From contig QZIZ01000019.1 of NCBI GenBank assembly GCA_003599195.1, positions 14,188 to 78,187 on the forward strand: 64,000 nt of DNA. Direction: 5' to 3'. The translations under genes were made by a program, and so were the position numbers. This DNA is from Deltaproteobacteria bacterium (GTDB lineage Bacteria > Desulfobacterota > Desulfobaccia > Desulfobaccales > 0-14-0-80-60-11). Below the pieces are notes generated by a model. It was not told the origin of the DNA. It was given only the letters and a program-made list of their open reading frames with translations, and searched no databases. Shown piece by piece: positions 8,633 through 17,484 of this stretch. Numbering within the stretch: the stretch's first letter is position 1; each line of letters opens with the position of its first letter.

Positions 8633-9037
8633 TTATTTGGATTTTTCCTTGATCCGCTGCCGCACCGCGTTCAGCTCCTCCTGGAGGTCCTTCTCATATT
8701 GTTTCAGGGCCTCCACGTCCGAACTCTCGAATTCCTGTTCCCGCCATTTCATGGTGCCCCGGCAGCCGCAACTGCAGACTTCCGTCAACTGGCGCCGGTA
8801 TTTCTCCAGGGCCTCCTCGTTAATGGAGTAGGGAATCCAGTACCCCTGCCTTTCGCTCCGCACCAGCCCGGCCTGCCGCAGGATCTTGAGATGCTGGGAG
8901 GCCGCGGCTGCGGTGATCCCCAACTGCCGGGCGATCTCCTTGGCCCCCAGGGGCCCCTGGGCCTTCATCAGATCAAGTATCCTGACCCGGGTCTCCACGG
9001 CCAGGACCTTGAACATTTCGGAGACTTCCAATTCCAT
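8633..9037 (-). CDS. ArsR family regulator with C-terminal CSCGC and coiled-coil extension
   Basis: FKVLAVETRVRIL...AASQHLKILRQAGLV HTH. Confidence 0.9.
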   Translation of the reverse strand: MELEVSEMFKVLAVETRVRILDLMKAQGPLGAKEIARQLGITAAAASQHLKILRQAGLVRSERQGYWIPYSINEEALEKYRRQLTEVCSCGCRGTMKWREQEFESSDVEALKQYEKDLQEELNAVRQRIKEKSK

Positions 9038-9058
9038 TTGTCGAGGTCCACATTTAGC

Positions 9059-9106
9059 AATTAAGTAGTTGCTTAAATAATTAAGCTTCTAAGGTTCGCT
9101 TGTCAA
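9059..9106 (-). promoter_or_regulatory. arsR promoter with palindromic operator, copy 1
   Basis: TTGACA on minus strand 9106-9101; palindrome TTAAGTA-GT-TGCTTAA 9061-9076. Confidence 0.6.
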
Positions 9107-9153
9107 GGTTTTTTTAGCGATTACCCAAAAAAAATTTTTAAGGGTAAATTCTG

Positions 9154-10368
9154 CTAATGCAGCAATAGAAAAAGAATTGGGGGTACCCGCGTGGGCTTGG
9201 GTTTGACGGGGGTTCTGTCGGCCCGGCCGGTATGCCGGGGGTCGTGGCGAAACATGGGCCAGGGGGTGGCCGCCGGGCCGGGGGAAGCGCTCTCCACGGC
9301 ATGGAGAATGCCATCCTGGGAAGCCACGTAAACCGTGCCGTCGGGGCCGATGACCGGCGAGGATTCGATGGCGTCCGCGACCTCAAAAGCCCATTTCAGG
9401 CTGCCGTCTTCCGGGTTGACCGCATAAAGAAATCCACCACTGCCCCCCACATAGATAATGCCGTCCGCGCCCACGGCCGGCGAGGAATAGATCGGCCCAC
9501 CTTCAGAAAGGGGAACCCCCCAATTCAGGATGCCGTTAGGATAGACCGCCAATAAATAACCCAGGTCTGTGCCCACATAGATGGTCCCGTACGCGTCGAT
9601 GGCCGGCGAGGAGCGGATGGGGAAAAAACTCTCAAAAAGGACCCATTTCCGGCTGCCATCCGGATTGACGGCGTAAAGCTTGGTGTCGCCCGAGCCTAGA
9701 TAGACGGTGCCGTCCGTCCCCACGGCCGGGGAAGAGTCGAGGGGACCCTCGGTGGTGAAGTACCACTTTATGTTGCCGTTCGAATCTATGGCGTATAGCT
9801 TGCCAATGATGGCGGTGGTGGCATCGATGGCGCCCACGTAAACGGTGCCGTCCAGGTCTAGGGCCGGAGAGGAACTCACCCAATTCCCCAGGGCAACGCG
9901 CCACTTCTCATTGCCGTCGGCATCGACCGCGTAGAGGTTGCCGTCATCGGACCCCACGTAGATGGTCCCGCCCGGGCCGATGGCCGGTGAGGACATGATT
10001 GCGGCTCCGGTCTCAAAAGCCCATTTCGGGCTGCCGTCAGCCGGGTTAAGGGCATAGAGCTTCCCGCCAACAGAACCCGCGTAAACGGTCCCATCTTCCC
10101 CCAGGGCCGGGGAAGAGTACATGAACATATCCTCCATGGCGGTATCAAAAACCCACTTCTGAGTGCCGTCCGGATTGACCGCGTGAAAGACCCCGAACAG
10201 GGTTCCGATATACAGCGTGCCGTCCGGGGCCAGGGCGGGGGAGGTGGTGACGATATCGTCGGTGGCATAGGCCCATTTGGCGTCGCCGGGGGCGGCCCGA
10301 GCCGCGCCGGTCAGAGCCAGGGCCAAAACGACGCACTGGAGGGATAAAACAAGGGCTTTCTTCCCCAT
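9154..10368 (-). CDS. Secreted PQQ-like (BamB-type) beta-propeller repeat protein
   Basis: Signal peptide; eight SSPA-x-G-x-DGT-x-YVG...KW type repeats; WPMFRHDPRHTG; hydrophobic C-terminal tail. Confidence 0.9.
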   Translation of the reverse strand: MGKKALVLSLQCVVLALALTGAARAAPGDAKWAYATDDIVTTSPALAPDGTLYIGTLFGVFHAVNPDGTQKWVFDTAMEDMFMYSSPALGEDGTVYAGSVGGKLYALNPADGSPKWAFETGAAIMSSPAIGPGGTIYVGSDDGNLYAVDADGNEKWRVALGNWVSSSPALDLDGTVYVGAIDATTAIIGKLYAIDSNGNIKWYFTTEGPLDSSPAVGTDGTVYLGSGDTKLYAVNPDGSRKWVLFESFFPIRSSPAIDAYGTIYVGTDLGYLLAVYPNGILNWGVPLSEGGPIYSSPAVGADGIIYVGGSGGFLYAVNPEDGSLKWAFEVADAIESSPVIGPDGTVYVASQDGILHAVESASPGPAATPWPMFRHDPRHTGRADRTPVKPKPTRVPPILFLLLH

Positions 10369-10557
10369 GAGCCGCTCCTCTCAAAGGCCTATGAGGACAC
10401 CAGTAAAACGAACCATTACTGCGGCAGGAAGTGGTTAGATGATAACACAAGATCCTGTAAAAATCAATTATTCGGGGTCTGCCGTACCTCCCCCGGAGCC
10501 GTCAAGCCCCGCATGGTGGTGCGAACCATGGGCCAAACCCGCCCGGCCCGGGCGGGA

Positions 10558-11412
10558 TTATTGCTTAGGCGCTCACGCTCCGCCCGGAGCGCACTCCACC
10601 ACTTTAGGCTCCTCCACTTGGACCGCCTGGGTGGCGATCATCGCCTGCGCCCGCGCATCCACCAGTTTTTCCCCGTAAAACATGGCCCCTTCGGTGTAGG
10701 GAGAGGTCTTGAAGCCGGTGTAGGCCCTCAGGCCCGCCCGGTGGAAGCCCGCTTTCAGCAGCAGCGCCAGGAAGTCCCTTCCCGGCAGGGCGCCGCCGAT
10801 TCACTGGTACCAGTTTTCAATCTTCCCCGCCTTATCCGGGGGGAGTTCCGCCACCAGCACCATGTCCGCCAACATGAGGCGGCCCCCGGGCTTCAGCACC
10901 CGGTGGGCCTCTAACAAAGCCTTTTCCTTGTCCAGGGTAAGGTTAAAGACGCCGTTGGAGATGACTGCGTCGAACTCGTTATCCGGGAAAGGCAGGGATT
11001 CGGCCTCCGCCAACTGAAAAGTGACATTTGTTAGGCCCAGGACAGAGAGGTTGGCTTTAGCCTTGTCTATCATGGCCTGGGTCACGTCAACGCCCGCCAC
11101 CCGGCCCTCCGGCCCCGCCATCTTCGCCGCCAGAAGCGAGTCCAGCCCCGCGCCGCAGCCGATGTCCAGGACTGCGTCCCCGGGGTGGATAGGCCCCAGG
11201 CTGAAGGGGTTGCCCACCCCGCAGAAGGAGTCGATAAGGGCGGCCGGAAAATCCCGGAGCAGGTCCAGGGGGTAACCCTGCTGCTTCAGCCCTTCCAGGC
11301 CGGTGGGGTACCTGAAGCATGAAGCCGCGCCCGCGGCCGCCACCTGGGAGTATTTGCTCTTGATGCTCTCCCGGATCAGGGTGATATCTTTTTCGGTCAG
11401 ATTAGATTCCAT
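10558..11412 (-). CDS. ArsM-like SAM methyltransferase selenoprotein; Sec204 at TGA 10803-10801; second TGA 10575-10573 is a stop or a second Sec
   Basis: SFCGVGNP, VLDIGCGAG, ISNGVFNL; read-through gives NWYQ-U-IGGALPGRDFLALLLKAGF, matching ArsM W-x-x-C-I-x-GAL; hairpin GCCGGGAAG-GGA-CTTCCTGGC with loop at +24. Confidence 0.85.
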
Positions 11413-11437
11413 AATATTTACCTAAAGTCGCGCCTTT

Positions 11438-11465
11438 CTTTGCGCCTTGGCGTCTTTGCGTGAGA
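11438..11465. repeat. CTTTGCGC/CTTGGCGT 8-mer repeat element (single arm)
   Basis: CTTTGCGCCTTGGCGTCTTTGCGTGAGA, same family as 25887-26008, 52435 and 53199. Confidence 0.75.
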
Positions 11466-11474
11466 ACTATCTTT

Positions 11475-12041
11475 TCACAGTTCCTTCCCGATGGAGAAGG
11501 CCTTGCCCAGATATTGGCCGATCCCGTGGTAGGTGCGGATTTCCGGGCCGAAGACAATGGGCTTCACCTTCTCGATGTCCGCCATGCCCTTCTCCCCCAG
11601 CACGCTGTCATCGGCCTTGACGTCCAGGACTTCGCCGATGAACTGGGTGTGCAGGCCGATTTCGATGGTGTGGATTACTTTGCATTCCAGGACCAGGGGA
11701 AATTCCTGCACATAGGGCGCGTCCACCAGGCCGCTTTTCACCGGCGTCAGCCCGGCCGCGGTGAACTTGTTCCCGGCCTTGCCGGAGGCGATGCCGCAAT
11801 AATCGGCTTCCTTGACGTAAGCTTCCGGGGGGATGCTGACGGTGAAGGCCTTTTTCAGCATCAGGTTGCCGTAAGTGTAGGTGGCTTTCCGCAGCGAGAC
11901 CCCGACGCAGGGCGGCTGGGAGCAGACGATCCCGGCCCAGGCCGCGGTCATGATATTGGGTGTGCCCGCCGCGTCATAAGTCCCCACCAGCCACACCGGG
12001 GTGGGGAAGGCCAGGGTCTTGGGACCCAGGGATTTTTTCAT
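11475..12041 (-). CDS. Flavoredoxin / flavin reductase family protein
   Basis: PTPVWLVGTYD...NIMTAAW, ADYCGIASG, LECKV, HTQFIGE. Confidence 0.9.
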   Translation of the reverse strand: MKKSLGPKTLAFPTPVWLVGTYDAAGTPNIMTAAWAGIVCSQPPCVGVSLRKATYTYGNLMLKKAFTVSIPPEAYVKEADYCGIASGKAGNKFTAAGLTPVKSGLVDAPYVQEFPLVLECKVIHTIEIGLHTQFIGEVLDVKADDSVLGEKGMADIEKVKPIVFGPEIRTYHGIGQYLGKAFSIGKEL

Positions 12042-12055
12042 GAACAGCTCCTCCT

Positions 12056-12116
12056 TCAGGGGTCAGGGGGTCAGGGGTCAGGGGTCAGTAATCAGTAATC
12101 AGTGGTCAGTGGTCAG
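12056..12116. repeat. Heptamer tandem repeats (TCAGGGG/TCAGTAA/TCAGTGG)
   Basis: Direct reading of about 8 units. Confidence 0.8.
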
Positions 12117-12245
12117 AATAGCAGTTATTTTCCAGATAATCATTTATTACAGGGCCTTTAGATAAAAAGGTAAGGCGGACGAGGGAAAATGCAACCTGGC
12201 GTCTTGAGTATATCTGCGGCGGGGTTTTTGTGCTATTTATAAAAT

Positions 12246-13430
12246 ATGGACCCTGAAATGGATAAGCGTTTACAGCTATTGCAACAATTGGCCTCCCGTC
12301 TGGCGCAGCGCCGGGCGGACCTGGTGGCCGCGGCCGGGGAGGATACCGGCGCGCCCAGCCGCATTGCCGGGATCGAAGTGGACCTGGCCGTGGAGCACCT
12401 CCGAACCATGGAAGTGGAGGTCCCCTATATCCAGGGCAAATCCCCTTACGGCACGGTGGCCGCCATCTTCCCCTACGACGCGGCGCCGGTGATGCTGGCC
12501 CGGGTGGGCGGAGCCGCGATTTTGGGGGGGAACCGCTTCCGGTTCAGTTTTTCCTCCGTCACTCCCTTGACGGCCCGGGTCATCTCCGAGGTGGTGGCCC
12601 CTTTTCCGGAATTTGAGGCGGTGGCGAGCCTGGACAACCGCGCCTTCGGGGAGCAGTGCGTCCGGGACCCATCCGTGCGGGTGCTCTTCATCTCCGGGGG
12701 CGGGGAGGTGGGCCAGGTTTACGCAGGCCAGGCCCAGGCCTTCGACAAGCTCTTTTTCGCGGGTCCCAGCGGCCTGCCCCCGGCCATCCTGTTCAAGGAC
12801 GCGCCCCTGGAGAAGGCCGTGCCTTTTGTGATTAAAAGGGCCTTCATCAACGGCGGGCAGTACTGCACCACCCTGAAGCGGGCTTACATCCACCGGGAAA
12901 TTTTTGCCGCAGCTAAAAAGCTGATCCTGGAACAGATGCAGGAAATCCGGGTGGGTAACCCTCAAGACCCCTTGACCTGGATCGGCCCCATCAAGGTGGC
13001 CCGCACCCGGGCCTTGCTGGAGCGGGCCCTGGCCGCGCTGGGGGAGCCCGAATTCCTGGTCCCCTGCCAACGCAACGGGGAATGGCAGGGTCCCTTCCTG
13101 GTGGAAACTACGGAGCCGCCGGATGTGGAATTATTCGGGCCCTTTCTGGCCCTGGTCCCGGTGGACAGCAATGAGGAAGCCGTCACCCGGGTTTTGGCCA
13201 GCCGCTACCCCTTCCTGGTGAGCTGGTTCGGCACTGCGCCGCCGGGGGCCAAAGAGGCTTTTGTCAAAACCTTCGGCATGGTCTACGACAACCCGGATTT
13301 CCTCTTCACCCCCATGCGCCTCCCCTTCGGCGGCAGAGGGGCCAGCGGCTGGATTCTGGAGAAGACCGGCGGCGAACTGGTGAAAAGGGACGGAGCGTTT
13401 ATCTACAGCGCGGAGTTGGTGCGCGGCTAA
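12246..13430 (+). CDS. Divergent aldehyde dehydrogenase-family protein
   Basis: AFINGGQYCTT catalytic Cys region, ELFGPFL, LPFGGRGASG. Confidence 0.8.
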   Translation: MDPEMDKRLQLLQQLASRLAQRRADLVAAAGEDTGAPSRIAGIEVDLAVEHLRTMEVEVPYIQGKSPYGTVAAIFPYDAAPVMLARVGGAAILGGNRFRFSFSSVTPLTARVISEVVAPFPEFEAVASLDNRAFGEQCVRDPSVRVLFISGGGEVGQVYAGQAQAFDKLFFAGPSGLPPAILFKDAPLEKAVPFVIKRAFINGGQYCTTLKRAYIHREIFAAAKKLILEQMQEIRVGNPQDPLTWIGPIKVARTRALLERALAALGEPEFLVPCQRNGEWQGPFLVETTEPPDVELFGPFLALVPVDSNEEAVTRVLASRYPFLVSWFGTAPPGAKEAFVKTFGMVYDNPDFLFTPMRLPFGGRGASGWILEKTGGELVKRDGAFIYSAELVRG

Positions 13431-13431
13431 G

Positions 13432-13551
13432 GTAGGGTGCGTTTTACGCACCAACAATTCAGATGCAGTGTCGCAGTAAAAGATAATAAACGCTGTCAGA
13501 AACCTTGCGTTCGCCCGGATGCAGATAGGCGAGCACAAGGTTCGCCCCTAC
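13432..13551. repeat. GTAG-type REP doublet
   Basis: GTAGGGTGCG-TTTTA-CGCACC ... GGCGAGCACAAGGTTCGCCCCTAC. Confidence 0.6.
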
Positions 13552-13559
13552 GCAAAATC

Positions 13560-14273
13560 ATGCTTTCCCAAGACTGGCCCCAAACTTATCAAGAAGCGGT
13601 GGCTCTTCAGGAAACCCTGCGCGGACAAGTCCGCCTCATCCCCCTGCCCCGCGCCCCCCGGTTCGTGGCCGGCGCGGACGCCATTGCTGACCGGGCGGAC
13701 CGCCGCATCTTCGGGGGCATCGCGGTTTATTCTTATCCGGAGCTGGAGTTGGTGGAAGAGGCGGGCGCGGCCGGGGTCTGCCCTTTCCCTTACCGCACGG
13801 GGCTTTTAAGCTTCCGGGAGGTCCCCATCCTGGCAGCGGCCTTTGAAAAACTTAAGCAGCGTCCGGACGTGATCCTGGTGGACGGCCAGGGCATCGCCCA
13901 CCCCCGGGGTTTGGGATTGGCCACGCATCTGGGTTTGGCGCTGGAGGTCCCCACCATCGGCGTGGCCAAAAGCCGCCTGGTGGGTGCAGGCGAGGAGCCG
14001 GGAACGGAAAGGGGCGCGGCCAGCCCCCTGATTTGGCAAGGCCAGGCGGTGGGACTGATCCTGCGGACGCAAACCGGGAAAAAGCCCTTCTATCTCTCCC
14101 CCGGGCACCTGATTACCTTGGCGGAAAGCCGGGAGATAGTGATGGGCTGTGTCCAGAGATACCGCAGCCCGGCGCCGCTGCGGCAGGCGGACGGCTTGAG
14201 CCGCCGCCTCAGGTCAGCAGAGTCGGACCCGGAAGAGACCCGGCGCGCAACGACGCCGGATAAGTGGAATTAA
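13560..14273 (+). CDS. nfi: Endonuclease V
   Basis: FPYRTGLLSFRE, VDGQGIAHPR, TIGVAKS, SPGH; start reassigned to 13560. Confidence 0.92.
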   Translation: MLSQDWPQTYQEAVALQETLRGQVRLIPLPRAPRFVAGADAIADRADRRIFGGIAVYSYPELELVEEAGAAGVCPFPYRTGLLSFREVPILAAAFEKLKQRPDVILVDGQGIAHPRGLGLATHLGLALEVPTIGVAKSRLVGAGEEPGTERGAASPLIWQGQAVGLILRTQTGKKPFYLSPGHLITLAESREIVMGCVQRYRSPAPLRQADGLSRRLRSAESDPEETRRATTPDKWN

Positions 14274-14512
14274 AAAGCCGCTCCCGGTACTGCGGGCAGA
14301 TTGGACTAGAACAATTGCGGCAATGCTCTTTTCCCGAATCCCACTCCCGCCACAGGCATTGGCGGCAGGCCCCCGTGATGTTGCTCTTTAAGCAGATGAT
14401 CCCCACATCCCCAAAGTCAACCATTGTTGTTGTACCTAGAAGAAATAATGTCTATGATTAAATAACGGCTATACCACCAATAAACTAAAATCAATTTTCT
14501 GTCAATTTATTT

Positions 14513-14971
14513 TCAGAAAAAATCTGTTTTCTGGAAGACCAGGGGCCTGGCCTCGGGTCGCAGAATTTTGGCCTCCACCACTTCCCCCACGAATAGCGTG
14601 TGATCCCCAGCGGCATGGGTGGATACAAGTTTCATATCCAGATAGGCGTAAGCCTGCCGTAAGATCGGGGCTCCGGTGGCGGCGGTGATCCATTCCAATC
14701 CCGCCAATTTATCCACTTTGCGGCCGCTTTTGTATCCGAACCGTTTCCCCAAGTCCACCTGTTCCGATGTCAAAACATTGACAGCAAAGATACCGCTTTC
14801 TTTGACGAGGTCGTGGGTATATCGGGGCGGGGCGATGGAAACTGTGACCAGGAGGGGGTGCAAAGACACCTGGGAGACCCAGGCCGCAGTCATGCCGTTG
14901 ACTTTTTCCCCCACTCGGGTGGTGACCACGTAGACCCCGTGCACCAGGGCGGCAAAGGCTACGTCCTGCAT
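14513..14971 (-). CDS. Flavin reductase family protein
   Basis: GVYVVTT, NGMTAAWVSQVS, AGDHTLFVGEV. Confidence 0.9.
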   Translation of the reverse strand: MQDVAFAALVHGVYVVTTRVGEKVNGMTAAWVSQVSLHPLLVTVSIAPPRYTHDLVKESGIFAVNVLTSEQVDLGKRFGYKSGRKVDKLAGLEWITAATGAPILRQAYAYLDMKLVSTHAAGDHTLFVGEVVEAKILRPEARPLVFQKTDFF

Positions 14972-15039
14972 ACACCCTCCAAAGAACGGTTTACGGTCTC
15001 CGGTTTTCGATAAAAAAGCCGGAAAGCAGCATGGTTGGG

Positions 15040-15234
15040 TTAACCGGACCGGCCCTCTTGAACATCATTCTCCGGGGGGTAACCGGGGTCGTCCGAGACC
15101 TCCAGCCATTCATCGCATACCCAGAACTGTCCGGCGCCCCGGTCGATGCGGGTGCAGGTGCCCTTGTGCTTGTCGGACCAGAAGCGGCAGGTGCGGCAGA
15201 CCTTCATGGCAGATTTCTTTTTTTTCGGATTCAT
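15040..15234 (-). CDS. Small four-Cys putative metal-binding protein
   Basis: CRTCRFW...C...CDEW; co-oriented with neighbours; start uncertain. Confidence 0.55.
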   Translation of the reverse strand: MNPKKKKSAMKVCRTCRFWSDKHKGTCTRIDRGAGQFWVCDEWLEVSDDPGYPPENDVQEGRSG

Positions 15235-15342
15235 GGAAAGGTAAAGTTTCGGGAGTGATAGTCCCCGCCCGCTTAAGGGCAGGGTGTGCCGGGAGGAGGC
15301 GCATAACCCGCCCCGGCTTGAGTTATCGTAGATTTATCCGCG

Positions 15343-16359
15343 TCAAAGGTCAAGGCGGAAATGGTCGAACCCTTCTCCGGCGATCTCTTTCTCCCCTTCC
15401 GGGGTGGCCAGCCAAACCCCGGTCCCGGGGATAATTTCTCCTAAAGAGAGAGGCCGCGGCAATCCGGCCCGGTCAAAGGCCTGGAAAAGGGCCCCGGTCT
15501 TCTCAGGTGGCGAGGTAAAGAGCAACTGATAATCTTCCCCTCCTTTCAGGGCTAGATCCAGGGGGTCCAGACCCAGCAAAGGGGCCGCAGCCCGCACCCG
15601 GGGCGAGACCGGCGCGCCCGCGGCCGGAATTTTCGCCCCCACGCCGCTGGCCCGGCAGACATGGCCCAGGTCCGTGGCCACGCCGTCGGAAAGATCAATG
15701 AGTGCGCTAGCCAATTTTTCCCCGGCCAGAATCCGGCCCGCCCGGAGTTGGGGCCGAGGGGCCAGGTGGCCTTGGGCCAGGGCCTCTTTAAGCTGCGGCT
15801 CCAGGGTCACACCCCGCTTTAGCATCTCCAGGCCTGCGGCCGCTTCTCCCAAAGGGCCGGTGACGTAGACGCGGTCTCCAACCTGCGCCCCCCGGCGTCG
15901 GAGCATTTCCATCTTGGGGACCCGGCCCAAAAGGGAAATAGTTACCATGACGCCTTTGGGGGAAGCCACGGTATCGCCGCCGATCACGGCCACCCCGTAT
16001 TCCCCGGCGGTCCGGGCCAACCCTTCTCCCAGGGCCAGGGCCCCCGCAGGGTCTTGGCCCTTGGGCCACCCCAGGGAGAGCAGGGCATAAAGGGGCTCTC
16101 CCCCCATGGCCGCGATATCGCTCAGGTTTACCGCCAGGGCCTTGTAACCCAACTGGGATAAAGAGAAATAAGCCAGATCGAAATGCACCCCCTCCAACAG
16201 GGTGTCCACGGTCCACAGGAGGTAGTCGGGTCCGGCCACGGCCAGGGCCGCGCAGTCGTCCCCGATCCCTACGGCCACTGCCGCCGGAGGCGGCCCGAAG
16301 ATGCGGCTTAAGGCATTGATGAGCGCCGGTTCCCCGGTTAAAGGCTTTTCGGGGGGCAT
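15343..16359 (-). CDS. thiL: Thiamine-monophosphate kinase
   Basis: GIGDDCA, VNLSDIAAMGG, IGGDT, DLSDG, GGEDYQL. Confidence 0.95.
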   Translation of the reverse strand: MPPEKPLTGEPALINALSRIFGPPPAAVAVGIGDDCAALAVAGPDYLLWTVDTLLEGVHFDLAYFSLSQLGYKALAVNLSDIAAMGGEPLYALLSLGWPKGQDPAGALALGEGLARTAGEYGVAVIGGDTVASPKGVMVTISLLGRVPKMEMLRRRGAQVGDRVYVTGPLGEAAAGLEMLKRGVTLEPQLKEALAQGHLAPRPQLRAGRILAGEKLASALIDLSDGVATDLGHVCRASGVGAKIPAAGAPVSPRVRAAAPLLGLDPLDLALKGGEDYQLLFTSPPEKTGALFQAFDRAGLPRPLSLGEIIPGTGVWLATPEGEKEIAGEGFDHFRLDL

Positions 16360-16593
16360 GGTGATTCCTTTTGGAATAAAGATTGCAATAGATTATGTCA
16401 GCATCTTCAGGGCCGCAAGCATTTTTTGGATACAAGTTTTATTAAAGAAAAATAGGCACTTCTGCCTATTGTATTTTATTTATTACGATCCATAATTTAG
16501 TCAAAGGAAACGATCCCCGCTTTTTCCATCAGGCCGGGGCAGTCAAGCCGGAAACCCGTTTTATTAACCAGAGTTTTTTTGGGAGGAACAGTC

Positions 16594-16698
16594 ATGGCCA
16601 TGATCGCTTTTTACGCCGGGCTCTTGATTGGCGGAGTCGCAGGAATGGTGGTTCTTTCCCTGTTATCCATGATCCGTCCCCAAGATCGGGCCCAGTAA
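16594..16698 (+). CDS. 34-aa single-TM membrane microprotein MAMIAFYAGLLIGGVAGMVVLSLLSMIRPQDRAQ
   Basis: GGGAGG SD, ATG 16594, TAA 16696; GxxxG-rich hydrophobic helix. Confidence 0.6.
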   Translation: MAMIAFYAGLLIGGVAGMVVLSLLSMIRPQDRAQ

Positions 16699-16773
16699 GG
16701 GGAACTCAAGCCACCTCAGCCCCTGGGGAAAATTTGGCAGGTAAGAGGAAAATAGTTCCCCTCCAGACGATTC

Positions 16774-17430
16774 TTAAGCAAAACCCGGCAAGATCTCCAG
16801 CAGGTCCCGATGATCCTGGAGATGGTATTGGGCTTCCAGCCCCGGGTTTTTGTAGGCTGCAAAAATAACTCCCGCTTGCCTGGAGACCAATAGGTCCACC
16901 GGCGCATCCCCGATGTACACGGCTTCCTCCGGCTCCACCCGGAAATGCTTCAGGATTTTCAGCAGGCATTCCGGGTGGGGCTTCGGTTGGGCCACGTCAT
17001 AACTGCTCACCGTCAGGTCGAAGAGATCTTCCAGCCCCAATTCCTTCAGCACCATGGGCAGGCTTTTGCCCCGGTTGGTGGCGATGGCGGTATGGTATTT
17101 AGGGCGCAAGGCCGCCAGGACCTCCCTGATGTGGGGCTCCAATCTGAGCAAGGACAAAAAGGGCCGGTTGTCTATGTTTAATTGATAGTCCTGGGCCGCC
17201 GCCACCCGGGGAGTGCCCTGGAAGAGAAAATCCACGGCTTCCCTGGCGGTGCAGGACTGGACAAAGTCCAGTTGGCGGGGGGTGATGGGGCCCAGCCCGA
17301 ATTTTTCCAGGAGGTGATTGTAAAACGCGGCATTGGCCCGGCGGGAATCGATCAAAACCCCGTCGCAATCGTAGATGACCACCTTGACGGCCGCCAGGCC
17401 GGCGCCAGTCCGGGGGGCGGAACTAACCAC
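16774..17430 (-). CDS. HAD-superfamily hydrolase (phosphoglycolate phosphatase-like)
   Basis: YDCDGVLIDS, ATNR, KPHPE, YIGDAPVD. Confidence 0.9.
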   Translation of the reverse strand: MVSSAPRTGAGLAAVKVVIYDCDGVLIDSRRANAAFYNHLLEKFGLGPITPRQLDFVQSCTAREAVDFLFQGTPRVAAAQDYQLNIDNRPFLSLLRLEPHIREVLAALRPKYHTAIATNRGKSLPMVLKELGLEDLFDLTVSSYDVAQPKPHPECLLKILKHFRVEPEEAVYIGDAPVDLLVSRQAGVIFAAYKNPGLEAQYHLQDHRDLLEILPGFA

Positions 17431-17484
17431 GAAGCGGCAGGCCTGCCCGGGCCTCTAGGGGCGAAATAGAGGAAAGCAAGGCGC

